Positions 38,036 to 48,351 of a stretch of 64,000 bases of DNA are shown here, piece after piece. Positions within the stretch are counted from its first letter, which is position 1. Every line of letters begins with the position of its first letter. The DNA lies in the NCBI GenBank assembly GCA_944389065.1, contig CALXKZ010000025.1, positions 1,275 through 65,274 of the forward strand. The letters are read 5' to 3'. Made by a program: the position numbers and the translations under genes. This DNA is from an uncultured Spirochaetaceae bacterium (GTDB taxonomy: Bacteria; Spirochaetota; Spirochaetia; Sphaerochaetales; Sphaerochaetaceae). Under the pieces are notes generated by a model that saw only the letters and a list, made by a program, of their open reading frames with translations, was not told the origin of the DNA and made no database searches.

Positions 38036-41000
38036 ATGAAATACCACTCTCCATTTTCTACAATCATTATTTCGATTGCTGTGCTGCTGGTATTTCTCAC
38101 AGTTGCTGTAATGACAGTCTCCGTCCTTTCAATGACAAGCCCTACGCTTATCATCACAGAGGAGCTTATGGACTGGCTCGAGACATCGGATTCAGACATA
38201 ACGGTTTCATTCGGGAAAATAGACAGGAATCTGCGCGATGGTGTATTCATCACCGATCTATCGATAGGATACAAAGGAGAGGAAGCTGCCTCATTCAGCC
38301 GTATAACGGCACATATGGGGCTTTTCCAGCTTATAAGGTATGCTGTCTTCGGCACAGGGGATCTGAGCATTGAGGCTTCGGGGGGAAGGATATCCATAGC
38401 CGAGGAGATGCTCGGAAATGAGGAGGGAGGATCAGGAGAAGGAGATACCGGCCTTCTTGACAGATATTCCATCTCGATCCATCTCCATGGCTTTGATATA
38501 TCCCTTCCTGGAGGGATCATGCTCAGCGATGCAGAGGCCTCTGTATACCTTGATCATGGAATAGAGGGATTTTCCGGGAATCTCATGACAGATGGGATTG
38601 AGTACCATAACGGGGACTTTTCAGCGTCGCTCTTCTCTCCGCTTATCACAGCATCCTATGATTCCGGCTTTTCTCTTGCTTTGTCCTCAGAGAGGATTTC
38701 CGTCTCCTATCAGGATGCCGCAGCGGATTTTGAGGATGCGCTCGTGAGCTTGGCGCTTGATGAGGAAGGAGGGATAAGCAACCTCTCCCTTTCTCTTTCA
38801 TCAGCCTCTGCTTCTTCTGATGCAGGCAGTGTCTCCTTCGGTGTTTCATCGGCTTTGCTCAAAGAGGGCAGGAACAGTTTCGTCATCACCGATGCCAATG
38901 CTGTTCTTGACGGCTTTTCCGTCAGCGCCTCAAGGCTTGATGGGATCGGGACAGTCAAGGATGCGGATCTTATCATCTCAGATCTTGCTGTATCCGATGG
39001 AGATGCTCCGGTTCTTTCATCAGAACGTATCGAGATCGAAGGAAGCATTGAAGGACAGAGGATGCATCTCTTCACTCCATATGCATCGTTCCATGTTCCA
39101 GATAAAGCTGGAGAGTATCTTGGGATTATTTCGCTCCGTCCATTCGAAGCTCTGCTGGCATTCCGGGATGGATCTCTTTTCTTCAGTTCTGAGTCCCAGG
39201 CTGAAGTCACTTCCACTGATGGGGCTTTCAATGGTTCTTCAGCATCCCTTTCAGCCGAGGGCTCTTTTTCAGGAAAAGAAGTGGAAACGCTTGAAATACA
39301 TGTCGGTTCCTTATCGCTTCCATCGCTTGGGGATGCACTGTCTGTTGATGCATCCTATAGAAACGATGAGGCAAAATTCTTCGCATCGTACTCCGATGAA
39401 CTGAGCATAACAGGAATATGGGGGAGCTCGAAGTATCTCTATCTGGATATGAATGATCTCTCGATTTCTCCATTCAGACCATATGCTGAGCTTTTCTTCC
39501 CAGTTGCGGTCCCTTATATCGGCGAAGGAACCGAGGCCTCTGGAACGGTGCTTCTATCGTTCACTCCCGGCAAGGATGATAAGCTCTCTGGTCCGCTTAC
39601 TGCATCATTCATCTTCTCGGATATAAGATTCAACCAGTATTCTTTCTCACTTTCCGCTTCCCTTTCCGCATCCCTCCTTCCTGACAGGCTCTCCATCGGC
39701 TCTCTGACGCTTACTTCAGACTTCATAAGGGCAAACTGGACAGGGTACATCGATCTGGAAAGGCTTCTTCCTGCAGGTAGCTTCTCGGTAACGCTCACTG
39801 ATAGCGGCAAGGAGGTTTTCCGCGGAGATCTTTCGCTTTCAGAGACAAATGAGTATTACTTCAGCGCTTCTGTTCCTGATTTCCCGTCAAGCTGGTTCAG
39901 AGGCAGTGTCGATTTCACAGTCGATCAGCTTGTGCGTTCCGACGCGATCTTCAGAAGCGGAAGGACAGAGTATCCATTCGATCTTGTTGTAGATCTGGAA
40001 AATCAGATGATTACTCTGGACAATGAGCATCTCGATATCTTTGTCGGATATGGGGACACAATCCATGGAGAGGCTTCATTTGCATCATTTGCTCTCCCCG
40101 TTCCATCAGAGGATGTGAGTCCCTGCACGCTTTCAGGGGATATAATCCTTGATTTCTCATTCTACGATCAGCAGCTTTCTGTCCATACCGACTCCTTCCA
40201 GATAGTGAATATGAGACATCTTCCTACGGATCCTGATCTCTCATTCGCAGCATCGGCTGGAAATGAAAGCCTTGAGATCACGGATATCATCCTGGCCGGT
40301 GTGGAGACTGAGCCTTTACGCGGTTCTGTGAGCATTTCATTTGCTGATAAGTCATTCGCCATGTACCTTGGCTCATCAAGGTCGACTGAGAAGGAGGAGA
40401 TTCTTGTATCTGTCACGGAAAGCGATGGACTATATGCCGGAATCCTTGAGCTCAGGTCTTTCAATCTCGCCCGTATCGGACTTGAAGGCTTCACGGGATC
40501 TGCAAATCTCACAGGAAGAGGGCAGAGCCTTGAGGATATAGCATTCGCTGGCAACATCGATGCAGAGAGCTATGATATGGCAAACGATCCGAGAACGCTG
40601 AAAGCAAGACTCAGAATCGACAGCAGGTCATTTGAGATGAATGATATAGAGTATGTGAACGGGCCGCTTTCCATCCAGGCTGAGAGCTTTTCGTTCTCCT
40701 CCTTGACAGGACGCTTCAGTTCATCCTCTGTCGTATCATATGCAATCAGCAACGAAGACCGGGATTATCCTATCACCGCATCCTTCTCACTCTCTGGCTA
40801 TTTCGCTGAAGGAAGCGATATCTTCGATTCCTATATCTCGTTCCGCGAAGGATCTTCATACGCAGATCTCACACTCTCTTATCTCGATCTTGACAACAGG
40901 ATCAGGACCGGGGAGAGAAATGCCCATATAGAATACTCCAAGGGAGTAGTCAATCTCTCAGGAACTCTGGCAGATGGATACATAGATATTCCAGGAAATT

Positions 41001-42577
41001 CCTTCTCTCTCTCCGTTGATATCGCGCCTTCAGCCATATTCTCCGTCTCCGGAGCTCTTGGGGAAAGCGCCCATGTATCTGCTGATATAGAGAGATTCGA
41101 GGTCAGCATAGCGAACCTCTTCATGACAGAACCTACGGTCATTTTCTACGATCCGGCTCCGGTACGCGGCTATGTCGAGGCTGTAAAGACTGGAAGCGAA
41201 TGGGAGCTTACAGGATTCCTGGAGGCAGACAGCGCTGCATTCGATGTGTTCTGGATGCCGGGGGAGAGGGTGATTCTCCATAATCCTACATTCACAATCT
41301 GGGATAATATGATCCAGTCCAATGTGGATGACTGCACCGTTCTTGATCTTGAGACATATGAGCGCATACCTGGACGCGTGTCGCTTTATCTTGATCTTTC
41401 CGATACGCTCTCATTCGAGGGCTGGGGCGTCGATGTATGGGCATACGATGGAAAGGAAGTCGGTATAAGGCTTCCGATGCCTGAATCGAATGTCGATATC
41501 CATGGGACAGTGTCGGGCCATCTCATAATACAGTCTGACGGACGGACTGTGTTCCTTGGCGGAGATCTTACAGCAGATGATCTTACCATGTCCCTTGGAA
41601 TGGAGCCGCTCCCGCCATGGTGGGGATCTGACAAGGCTACCAGGATCGATTTCAATCTCCTTCTAAGGGAGAATGTCAGGTTCGTCTTCCCGATGGGCCC
41701 CGATCCGATTCTCACCGCAACTCTTGCAGAGAACCAGAATCTCCATGTGATAATCGATGAGTTCGGGAATATGGATATATCCGGAAACCTTGATATCAGA
41801 TCGGGAGAGTTCTTCTATTTCCAGAAGAATTTCTACATCACAGAGGGAAGCATCGGATTCAGGAACAGAGGATACGGTGAGGGTGGATTCGATCCTGTGA
41901 TAAATCTCCGTGCAAGGCTGAGGGACTTCGACTCCGAGGGCCGCTCTGTCGATATCTATCTGATTTTAAGGAACTCGACACTTGATAACATAAACCCGAC
42001 ATTCGAAAGCTCCCCGTCGAAGGATATCAATGAGATCATGTCCATACTCGGAGGAGCGATCCTTCCATCTTCCGCATATGGTGAGATCTCCGTTTCCTCG
42101 GTTTTCTCGCTTGTATCTGCTTCAGTCGATATCCTTTCGAGAATGGGTGTGATCAGACCTGCTGATATCGGGCTTGAGCAGTCAATACGCCAGGCGCTTT
42201 CGCTTGATACATTCTCTCTCCATACGAATATTGTTGAGAACATTCTATATGACACAGTTTCGCTTGTATCCGCGAATCTCTATGAGGAATCGCTTTCTCC
42301 GATGGCACGGTATCTGGATGGAACGACTTTCTATCTTGGAAAGTACCTTACACCGACACTCTATCTTGAGGGAATGATTCATCTTTCAGCTGCGAGGAAC
42401 CATGATGAGAGAAAGCATACATTCATTGCAGATGACCTTAATATAGATATCGAGGTATCTCTTGAATGGGAGACACCGATGTGCACGTTCCAGGTATTCA
42501 CCCAGCCTGTCAATTTCACGCTGTATGATATCATTGACTCATTCGGCTTCGGTTTCTCAAAACGTATAGTATGGTAA
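38036..42577 (+). CDS. tamB: TamB-like translocation and assembly module protein (DUF490 C-terminus)
   Basis: About 1510 aa with an N-terminal signal-anchor, a long Ser/Leu-rich beta-rich body and a DUF490-like C-terminus (GKYLTPTLYLEG...EVSLEWE). It lies directly upstream of bamA. Start was moved to ATG 38036 (GAGG SD at 38027-38030; TATAAT at 38014-38019 lies downstream of the tracked ATG at 38000). Confidence 0.75.
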   Translation: MKYHSPFSTIIISIAVLLVFLTVAVMTVSVLSMTSPTLIITEELMDWLETSDSDITVSFGKIDRNLRDGVFITDLSIGYKGEEAASFSRITAHMGLFQLIRYAVFGTGDLSIEASGGRISIAEEMLGNEEGGSGEGDTGLLDRYSISIHLHGFDISLPGGIMLSDAEASVYLDHGIEGFSGNLMTDGIEYHNGDFSASLFSPLITASYDSGFSLALSSERISVSYQDAAADFEDALVSLALDEEGGISNLSLSLSSASASSDAGSVSFGVSSALLKEGRNSFVITDANAVLDGFSVSASRLDGIGTVKDADLIISDLAVSDGDAPVLSSERIEIEGSIEGQRMHLFTPYASFHVPDKAGEYLGIISLRPFEALLAFRDGSLFFSSESQAEVTSTDGAFNGSSASLSAEGSFSGKEVETLEIHVGSLSLPSLGDALSVDASYRNDEAKFFASYSDELSITGIWGSSKYLYLDMNDLSISPFRPYAELFFPVAVPYIGEGTEASGTVLLSFTPGKDDKLSGPLTASFIFSDIRFNQYSFSLSASLSASLLPDRLSIGSLTLTSDFIRANWTGYIDLERLLPAGSFSVTLTDSGKEVFRGDLSLSETNEYYFSASVPDFPSSWFRGSVDFTVDQLVRSDAIFRSGRTEYPFDLVVDLENQMITLDNEHLDIFVGYGDTIHGEASFASFALPVPSEDVSPCTLSGDIILDFSFYDQQLSVHTDSFQIVNMRHLPTDPDLSFAASAGNESLEITDIILAGVETEPLRGSVSISFADKSFAMYLGSSRSTEKEEILVSVTESDGLYAGILELRSFNLARIGLEGFTGSANLTGRGQSLEDIAFAGNIDAESYDMANDPRTLKARLRIDSRSFEMNDIEYVNGPLSIQAESFSFSSLTGRFSSSSVVSYAISNEDRDYPITASFSLSGYFAEGSDIFDSYISFREGSSYADLTLSYLDLDNRIRTGERNAHIEYSKGVVNLSGTLADGYIDIPGNSFSLSVDIAPSAIFSVSGALGESAHVSADIERFEVSIANLFMTEPTVIFYDPAPVRGYVEAVKTGSEWELTGFLEADSAAFDVFWMPGERVILHNPTFTIWDNMIQSNVDDCTVLDLETYERIPGRVSLYLDLSDTLSFEGWGVDVWAYDGKEVGIRLPMPESNVDIHGTVSGHLIIQSDGRTVFLGGDLTADDLTMSLGMEPLPPWWGSDKATRIDFNLLLRENVRFVFPMGPDPILTATLAENQNLHVIIDEFGNMDISGNLDIRSGEFFYFQKNFYITEGSIGFRNRGYGEGGFDPVINLRARLRDFDSEGRSVDIYLILRNSTLDNINPTFESSPSKDINEIMSILGGAILPSSAYGEISVSSVFSLVSASVDILSRMGVIRPADIGLEQSIRQALSLDTFSLHTNIVENILYDTVSLVSANLYEESLSPMARYLDGTTFYLGKYLTPTLYLEGMIHLSAARNHDERKHTFIADDLNIDIEVSLEWETPMCTFQVFTQPVNFTLYDIIDSFGFGFSKRIVW

Positions 42578-42659
42578 CTCTTTGTGTTCTTTCTGTGGAG
42601 AGTGCCGGGGCTGTAGTCTACAGCGTGCAATTCTGATATCATAACCGGAGGAGATTATC

Positions 42660-45194
42660 GTGAAGAATATCAGCAGGATCCTTCTTTTCCTTCTCGCACT
42701 TGTCTTCTCAGTGCTGCCTCTGACAGCTGCCGATGAGGGCAACTGGTGGGATGGCAAGGCAATGACCGATTTCACATATACCGGATTGCAGAATGTATCT
42801 GAAGCCAGACTCAACAGTCTTCTTTCCCCATATCTTATGGAGCCGTTCTCTGACTCGCTCTTCAGTGAGATCAACAGCATTCTCTACTCACAGCCCTGGC
42901 TTTCATATGTCTCGTCAGAAGCCCTTGCCAGAGGGGAAGAGCAGGACCTTGTCATACAGTTCAATATCGTTGAGAACCCGATGATTGCATCTGTCGAGGC
43001 CAAAGGCATGGACAGGATAGGAAGGCGGACAGTCCTTGATGCCCAGGAATACTCAAAGGGCGATTTCTTCACTCCAGGCCGGTTGCAGGCAAATGCTGAT
43101 TCAATCAGGGATTACTATCTATCACATGGTTATAAGGACGCTACTGTCAAGGTCTCATTCACAGAGGATACGGAAAAGAATACTGTAAGCATCCTTTATG
43201 AGATTTCCGAAGGAAAGCAGTACAAGGTGCGCGACATTCTCTTTGATGGCATCTCTGGCCTTGCCGCTGATGATATCCAGAAGGTTATGACGCAGAAAGA
43301 GAGATCCTTCTTCAATGGCGGCAATTTCGTTGAATCTAACATCGAGAAGGATAAGAATGCCATCGTCGCGCTCTATGGAAAGGAAGGATATCCTGATGCG
43401 AAGGTTGAGAATACTGAGATAGTCCCTACAGGAGAAGAGGATGAGAAGACAATATATGTCAACCTCATCTATACGATTTCTGAAGGGGATAGATGGACTA
43501 TAGGGGCTGTGGGCTTCTCTGGCAATTCAATCTATTCTGATGATCAGATAAGCTCTCTTATAACAATGAGGGAAGGCGATCCCTATAACGCTGAATCGAT
43601 AGCAAGGCAGTATGAGGCCATCTCATCGCTTTATTACGACAATGGATATATCCGCTCCTTCATAGATTTCAGCGAGACAAGGAATGCTGAGGATCATACC
43701 ATCAGCTATGATATCAGGATAAATGAGGGATCGCAGTCAGTTGTCGAGGAGATAATAATCACTGGTCTTACCAAGACAAAGCCATATGTCATGGAGCGTG
43801 AGATCACGCTTAAAGTCGGCGATGTATTCTCCCGTTCCAAACTCATCAGGAGCCAGCAGAATCTCATGAACACAGGTCTGCTGACAACTGTCAGGGCAAA
43901 TCTCCTTTATGGCGAGACGCCTGACGGAGTCGTCATCGAGTTCGTGGTCGAAGAGGGCAACCAGATGGAACTCCAGTTCGGAGCAACATTCGGTGGCACG
44001 GTCGACGGGTTTCCCATCTCTGGGTTCCTGCAGTGGACCGATAGGAATCTGGCAGGGACTGCCCGTGATCTCTCTATCGGGACAACGCTTTCTCCCGATA
44101 CACAGTCTGTATCCATATCAGTTTCTGATGATTGGGTGGGGGATAAGAGATGGGCTAACGGAATAACGTTCTCCGTTGAGCACAGCCTCCGCGATGATAC
44201 GCTGCAGAGGGGCCGCGGATCAGGATACTTCGATGGGCGAGATGAGCACAGGGAGACATTCCCCCTTGGCTATGATTCTGCCGATGCCTGGTACTCCTCT
44301 GATAATCCGCTCTATCCTACGGATTCATATCTCATGGAGTATGACTACTGGAGAATATCGCTCGGATACAATACAGGATACACATTCGCATTCGATCCGG
44401 GTTCCCTTACTCTTTCTGCAGGCATCTCGTTCGGTATCAACCATGCAGTATATGACGAGAAGAGATTCGATCCATATGAAGAGCTCATAATGAAATACCA
44501 TGATGGATGGCAGTGGTCGAACAGGCTTACGCTTTCCATTACATGGGATGGAAGGGATCTGATCAGGAATACGACAAGAGGATATCTTCTCAGTGCATCT
44601 TACACATATGCAGGCGGTATCCTTGGAGGACTTTCAAACTACAACAGGCTCTCGTTCAGCGCCGCAGCATTCCATTCACTCTACAGCTACACCAATGAGG
44701 AGGGGCAGCAGAAGAGCCTTGTTCTCTCATTCTCTTCCTCTGTCTCCGTCATGCTTGACCAGTTCTGGCCCCGCAATGGCAAATGGGACTGGTACAATGC
44801 GAAGATGGGAGCAACGCGGTATGAGATGCTCTACATTGATGGAATGAATATCGGGCGCGGATTCGATGTCCAGTATGATAAGGCATTCCTCTGGCATAAT
44901 CAGCTTGAGCTTACATTCCCGATTGTATATCAGGTGCTCGCTGCAGAGGCATTCGTCTCAGCGACCGGAGTCACATCTGAGCTTTCGGCTCTCAATCAGT
45001 TCACGAACATCGACTGGTATTTTGCTGGAGGACTCGGAATAAGGATGCAGATTCCTGGATTCCCGCTTGGACTGTATATCGTCAAGAATGCGACCTGGGA
45101 TAATACAAAAGGATTCCAGTGGGATTCAGGTTTCCTATTCCAGGATTCGCTCGGACTGAAGATTGTTCTTGCAATCACGACATCGCTGTACTGA
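42660..45194 (+). CDS. bamA: Outer membrane protein assembly factor BamA
   Basis: 844 aa with a signal peptide, repeated POTRA-like modules (e.g. YKVRDILFDGISGL, WTIGAVGFSGNS, VVEEIIITGLTKTK) and a C-terminal Omp85 barrel ending in an aromatic residue. Confidence 0.9.
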   Translation: MKNISRILLFLLALVFSVLPLTAADEGNWWDGKAMTDFTYTGLQNVSEARLNSLLSPYLMEPFSDSLFSEINSILYSQPWLSYVSSEALARGEEQDLVIQFNIVENPMIASVEAKGMDRIGRRTVLDAQEYSKGDFFTPGRLQANADSIRDYYLSHGYKDATVKVSFTEDTEKNTVSILYEISEGKQYKVRDILFDGISGLAADDIQKVMTQKERSFFNGGNFVESNIEKDKNAIVALYGKEGYPDAKVENTEIVPTGEEDEKTIYVNLIYTISEGDRWTIGAVGFSGNSIYSDDQISSLITMREGDPYNAESIARQYEAISSLYYDNGYIRSFIDFSETRNAEDHTISYDIRINEGSQSVVEEIIITGLTKTKPYVMEREITLKVGDVFSRSKLIRSQQNLMNTGLLTTVRANLLYGETPDGVVIEFVVEEGNQMELQFGATFGGTVDGFPISGFLQWTDRNLAGTARDLSIGTTLSPDTQSVSISVSDDWVGDKRWANGITFSVEHSLRDDTLQRGRGSGYFDGRDEHRETFPLGYDSADAWYSSDNPLYPTDSYLMEYDYWRISLGYNTGYTFAFDPGSLTLSAGISFGINHAVYDEKRFDPYEELIMKYHDGWQWSNRLTLSITWDGRDLIRNTTRGYLLSASYTYAGGILGGLSNYNRLSFSAAAFHSLYSYTNEEGQQKSLVLSFSSSVSVMLDQFWPRNGKWDWYNAKMGATRYEMLYIDGMNIGRGFDVQYDKAFLWHNQLELTFPIVYQVLAAEAFVSATGVTSELSALNQFTNIDWYFAGGLGIRMQIPGFPLGLYIVKNATWDNTKGFQWDSGFLFQDSLGLKIVLAITTSLY

Positions 45195-47767
45195 TGAAAG
45201 AGGTATCTGAGAAGCTGACGCCGATGATGCGTCAGTATATGGAGATAAAGGAAAAGCATCAGGATATGGTGCTTTTCTTCCGCCTCGGTGATTTCTATGA
45301 GATGTTCGGAAACGATGCGATAGAGGTATCGAAGCTTCTGAACCTTACGCTGACAAAGCGTGTCACAATGCCGATGTGCGGCATTCCTTATCATGCAGTG
45401 AGAAACTATCTGAGAAGGCTTCTCGATGCAGGCAGGAAGGTTGCGATCTGCGAGCAGCTCTCACTTCCAGATAAAGCAGGGGAGATCGCGGAGCGTGAGG
45501 TCACAGAGATCTACACGCCTGCGACTGTCGTCGATGATGATTACCTTGACTCTCTTTCCCCGTCTTTCGTGCTTGCTGTCAATGCAGACAGGAAAGGAGT
45601 CTATCTTGCCTGGAGCGATATCTCTGCAGGAAGCTTCTTCGTCAGGACGCTTTCTCCGGAAAAGGATCTTTCAGAGCTTGAATCCGTGCTTTCTGCTGTT
45701 TCGCCGAAAGAGATTGCCGTTCCCGATGATCTGTATTTCACGGAGAAAAGACTAAGGTTCATCCTTGATAACTCAAAAGCGATAGTCACAAAGCTTCCCT
45801 CCTGGTATTTCTCATTGAAAGAAGGACGGAAGGAAACGGAGTCGCAGTTCCCACCATCTTCCCTTATGGATATGGGAATCAATGATAAGGATATGGTCCT
45901 TACATCCTCTGGGGCGCTTCTGAGGTATATACGCGACAATATCAAGGGAGATACCCCGCAGCTGAGGGCAATAGAGCGTATCGGTGATGGATCCTTTCTT
46001 TCTCTCAATGCAGCGGCTGTCAGGAATCTTGAGCTTATCAATCCTCTTAGCGGTGGACGCGATGGTTCTCTTTTCCAGGCGATAAACAGGACGAGGACAG
46101 CTGCAGGAGCAAGGTTCATGAAGGACCAGATCCTCCATCCGCTCTCCGACAGGAAGGAGATCGAAGATCGGCTGGGATGGGTCAGGAAGTTCTATGATGA
46201 TCCCCAGGAGATGAAGAGGATCCGCGATATCCTTTCCTCTTCCTCTGATATGGAGAGGCTCAGCTCAAAGGCCTCGATGAGACGTGTCTCTCCTAGGGAT
46301 CTTTTATCCATAGCTGATACGATTGCGGCATTCTTTGAGCTTGTCACGGAAAAGCCTGAGTATCTTGATCTTGCTCCATCATTTGAAAGCAGCTTTGATG
46401 CTCTTATCTCATTTTCAGATGAAGTATTGAGGGCTGTGAATAGAGAGTGCACGAATGTTGCGAATTCAGGTACTGTGATCCTTGATGGCTACAGCAGCGC
46501 TCTTGATAGTGAACGGGGAATGATGAACAGCAGCTCTGCCGTTCTTGATGAGTATATCTCCAGAATACGCGAAGAGACCGGCATCCAGACGATGAAGACA
46601 GGTGAGAACAGGATCATCGGTGCTTATATCGAGGTTTCAAAGGGTCAGCTTGAGAGAGTTCCTGATTATTTCATAAGAAGGCAGACTCTTGTAGGCGGAG
46701 AGAGGTTCACCACACCTGAACTTGAGGAGATCAAATCAAGGATCGGAGATGCCGAGGCGAATGCTGCAGCGATTGAGCGCGGTATCTTCAATGATTTTTC
46801 CGATAAGGCATCGCAATTAAGTGCCCAGATCTCGGCAATGGGCAAGGTGCTTTCCCTTCTTGATTACTACACATCCCTTGCTTTCCTTGCCCTTGAGTGC
46901 GGTTATGCAGAGCCAAGGATCATCGATGAAGGGGAGATGGAGATAAAGGACGGACGGCACCCTGTTGTTGAAGCATTCACAGGCAGGGCTGAGTATATTG
47001 CGAATTCATTCTCATCATCCCCTTCGCGTTTTTCTTTGATCACAGGGCCGAATATGGCGGGGAAATCGACGTATCTGAGGCAGATAGCGATCATAACGCT
47101 TATGGCCCACATGGGCTCTTTCGTTCCTGCATCCAGTGCTGTGATCCCTCTTACGGACAGGATATTCTGCAGAGTCGGCGCAAGCGACAATCTTTCCCGG
47201 GGTGAGTCCACATTCCTTGTAGAGATGTCTGAGACGGCGATGATACTCAGATCCGCGACACGCCGCTCCCTTGTGATAATGGATGAGATAGGAAGGGGAA
47301 CAAGCACTGAGGATGGCATGTCTATTGCCTATGCTGTAATGGAATACATGAAGAAGCTTGGAGCCATCACGCTTTTTGCCACGCATTACCATGAGCTTAC
47401 CATGCTCGATACATCTGGCATCCAGCTTCTGCATATGGCAGTCAGGGAAGAGAGAAGCTCGATATCATTTCTCAGGAAAGCAGAGCCTGGTGTTTCCGCA
47501 TCCAGCTATGGAATCCATGTAGCAAAGCTTGCAGGGCTTCCGAAGGATGTGATCAGGGATGCCTCCCTTTTCCAGAAGAGGCATTTTGCCGATTACTCCT
47601 TCGATACATCCCAGGGAGATCTCTTCATCGACAGTACGCCTGAGAAGGAACAGACCTGGCAGGAGGATATCATTGAGGATATAGAATCGTTCGATACCGA
47701 TTCCTCGACTCCGCTTGAGGCTTTGATGTTCATCGCATCGCTCAAGAGGAAGCTGAAGGGCAGTTGA
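45194..47767 (+). CDS. mutS: DNA mismatch repair protein MutS
   Basis: TPMMRQYMEIKEKHQDMVLFFRLGDFYEMF N-terminus, Walker A GPNMAGKST, and DEIGRGTST. The ATG overlaps the bamA stop by 1 nt. The tracked ORF 45119.. is an extension. Confidence 0.95.
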   Translation: MKEVSEKLTPMMRQYMEIKEKHQDMVLFFRLGDFYEMFGNDAIEVSKLLNLTLTKRVTMPMCGIPYHAVRNYLRRLLDAGRKVAICEQLSLPDKAGEIAEREVTEIYTPATVVDDDYLDSLSPSFVLAVNADRKGVYLAWSDISAGSFFVRTLSPEKDLSELESVLSAVSPKEIAVPDDLYFTEKRLRFILDNSKAIVTKLPSWYFSLKEGRKETESQFPPSSLMDMGINDKDMVLTSSGALLRYIRDNIKGDTPQLRAIERIGDGSFLSLNAAAVRNLELINPLSGGRDGSLFQAINRTRTAAGARFMKDQILHPLSDRKEIEDRLGWVRKFYDDPQEMKRIRDILSSSSDMERLSSKASMRRVSPRDLLSIADTIAAFFELVTEKPEYLDLAPSFESSFDALISFSDEVLRAVNRECTNVANSGTVILDGYSSALDSERGMMNSSSAVLDEYISRIREETGIQTMKTGENRIIGAYIEVSKGQLERVPDYFIRRQTLVGGERFTTPELEEIKSRIGDAEANAAAIERGIFNDFSDKASQLSAQISAMGKVLSLLDYYTSLAFLALECGYAEPRIIDEGEMEIKDGRHPVVEAFTGRAEYIANSFSSSPSRFSLITGPNMAGKSTYLRQIAIITLMAHMGSFVPASSAVIPLTDRIFCRVGASDNLSRGESTFLVEMSETAMILRSATRRSLVIMDEIGRGTSTEDGMSIAYAVMEYMKKLGAITLFATHYHELTMLDTSGIQLLHMAVREERSSISFLRKAEPGVSASSYGIHVAKLAGLPKDVIRDASLFQKRHFADYSFDTSQGDLFIDSTPEKEQTWQEDIIEDIESFDTDSSTPLEALMFIASLKRKLKGS

Positions 47768-47818
47768 CAGATATTTCCGTATCTGATAAAAGATAACCAA
47801 GTTTCATTAAAGTGATTT

Positions 47819-47845
47819 AAGGGACCGATCAAGGGTCCCTTTATT
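47819..47845 (+). terminator. Hairpin after mutS
   Basis: Stem AAGGGACC (47819-47826) / GGTCCCTT (47834-47841), loop GATCAAG, then a weak T/A-rich tail. Confidence 0.4.
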
Positions 47846-47861
47846 AATGCTATGGAGGAAT

Positions 47862-48347
47862 ATGCTGACAGAAAGCGCATTATCGGATCCGCTGTATAAG
47901 GAAATCGATAGCCTTATGAGTGCGATAGGGCTACGTACTGTCGAGGCCTTATCTTCTGTCCATCAGGGGGCTAGGTCGATGAGGGTCGTTGTCTATAAGG
48001 AGGGTGAGGAGATCAATACCGATGATCTTGCAGCTGCATACAATCTCATCTATCCCAGATACAGCATCATCTATTCGGACAGGGATCTCCAGCTTGAGGT
48101 CTCATCGCCAGGACTGCAGCGCAATTTCAAGGATACTCTTGAGTTCTCGGTCTTCAGAGGCCGTGATGTAAGGGTATACAGCATATCGGATTCAAGCTAT
48201 ATAACAGGAAGGATAGAGGATTCAGACAAATCCTCAGTGACTCTTTCCGATTATATTGTCGAGGACAGGAATGAGAAAGGTGAGCGTATAACGCTTTCCT
48301 TCAGCAATATAGCCAAAGCCAAGCTAGAATACAGATGGGAGGCATAG
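47862..48347 (+). CDS. rimP: Ribosome maturation factor RimP
   Basis: About 161 aa in the conserved position upstream of nusA, with a RimP-like pattern (LEVSSPGLQRNFK). ATG 47862 is preceded by GGAGGA. Confidence 0.8.
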   Translation: MLTESALSDPLYKEIDSLMSAIGLRTVEALSSVHQGARSMRVVVYKEGEEINTDDLAAAYNLIYPRYSIIYSDRDLQLEVSSPGLQRNFKDTLEFSVFRGRDVRVYSISDSSYITGRIEDSDKSSVTLSDYIVEDRNEKGERITLSFSNIAKAKLEYRWEA

Positions 48348-48351
48348 TAAA

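Noticed and set aside
39590-39700. Apparent repetitive DNA (TTCC/CTTTCC-rich) inside tamB
   Set aside because: It reflects Ser/Leu/Ala-rich coding sequence (SFSLSASLSASLLPDRLS) in frame with TamB. It is not a tandem DNA repeat or a CRISPR-like element.
45119-45193. Upstream extensions of tracked ORFs: mutS 45119, tpiA 16691, rnhA 9013, rpsO 54431, yebC 33355, queA 36263, infB 49832, the LptF-like gene 57312, araD 61563, folD 24848, tamB 38000 and rimP 47847
   Set aside because: The extensions overlap the preceding gene in another frame or cover promoter elements, and they add non-conserved residues. Conserved N-terminal motifs begin at internal starts that have an SD or a stop/start overlap, so those internal starts were used.
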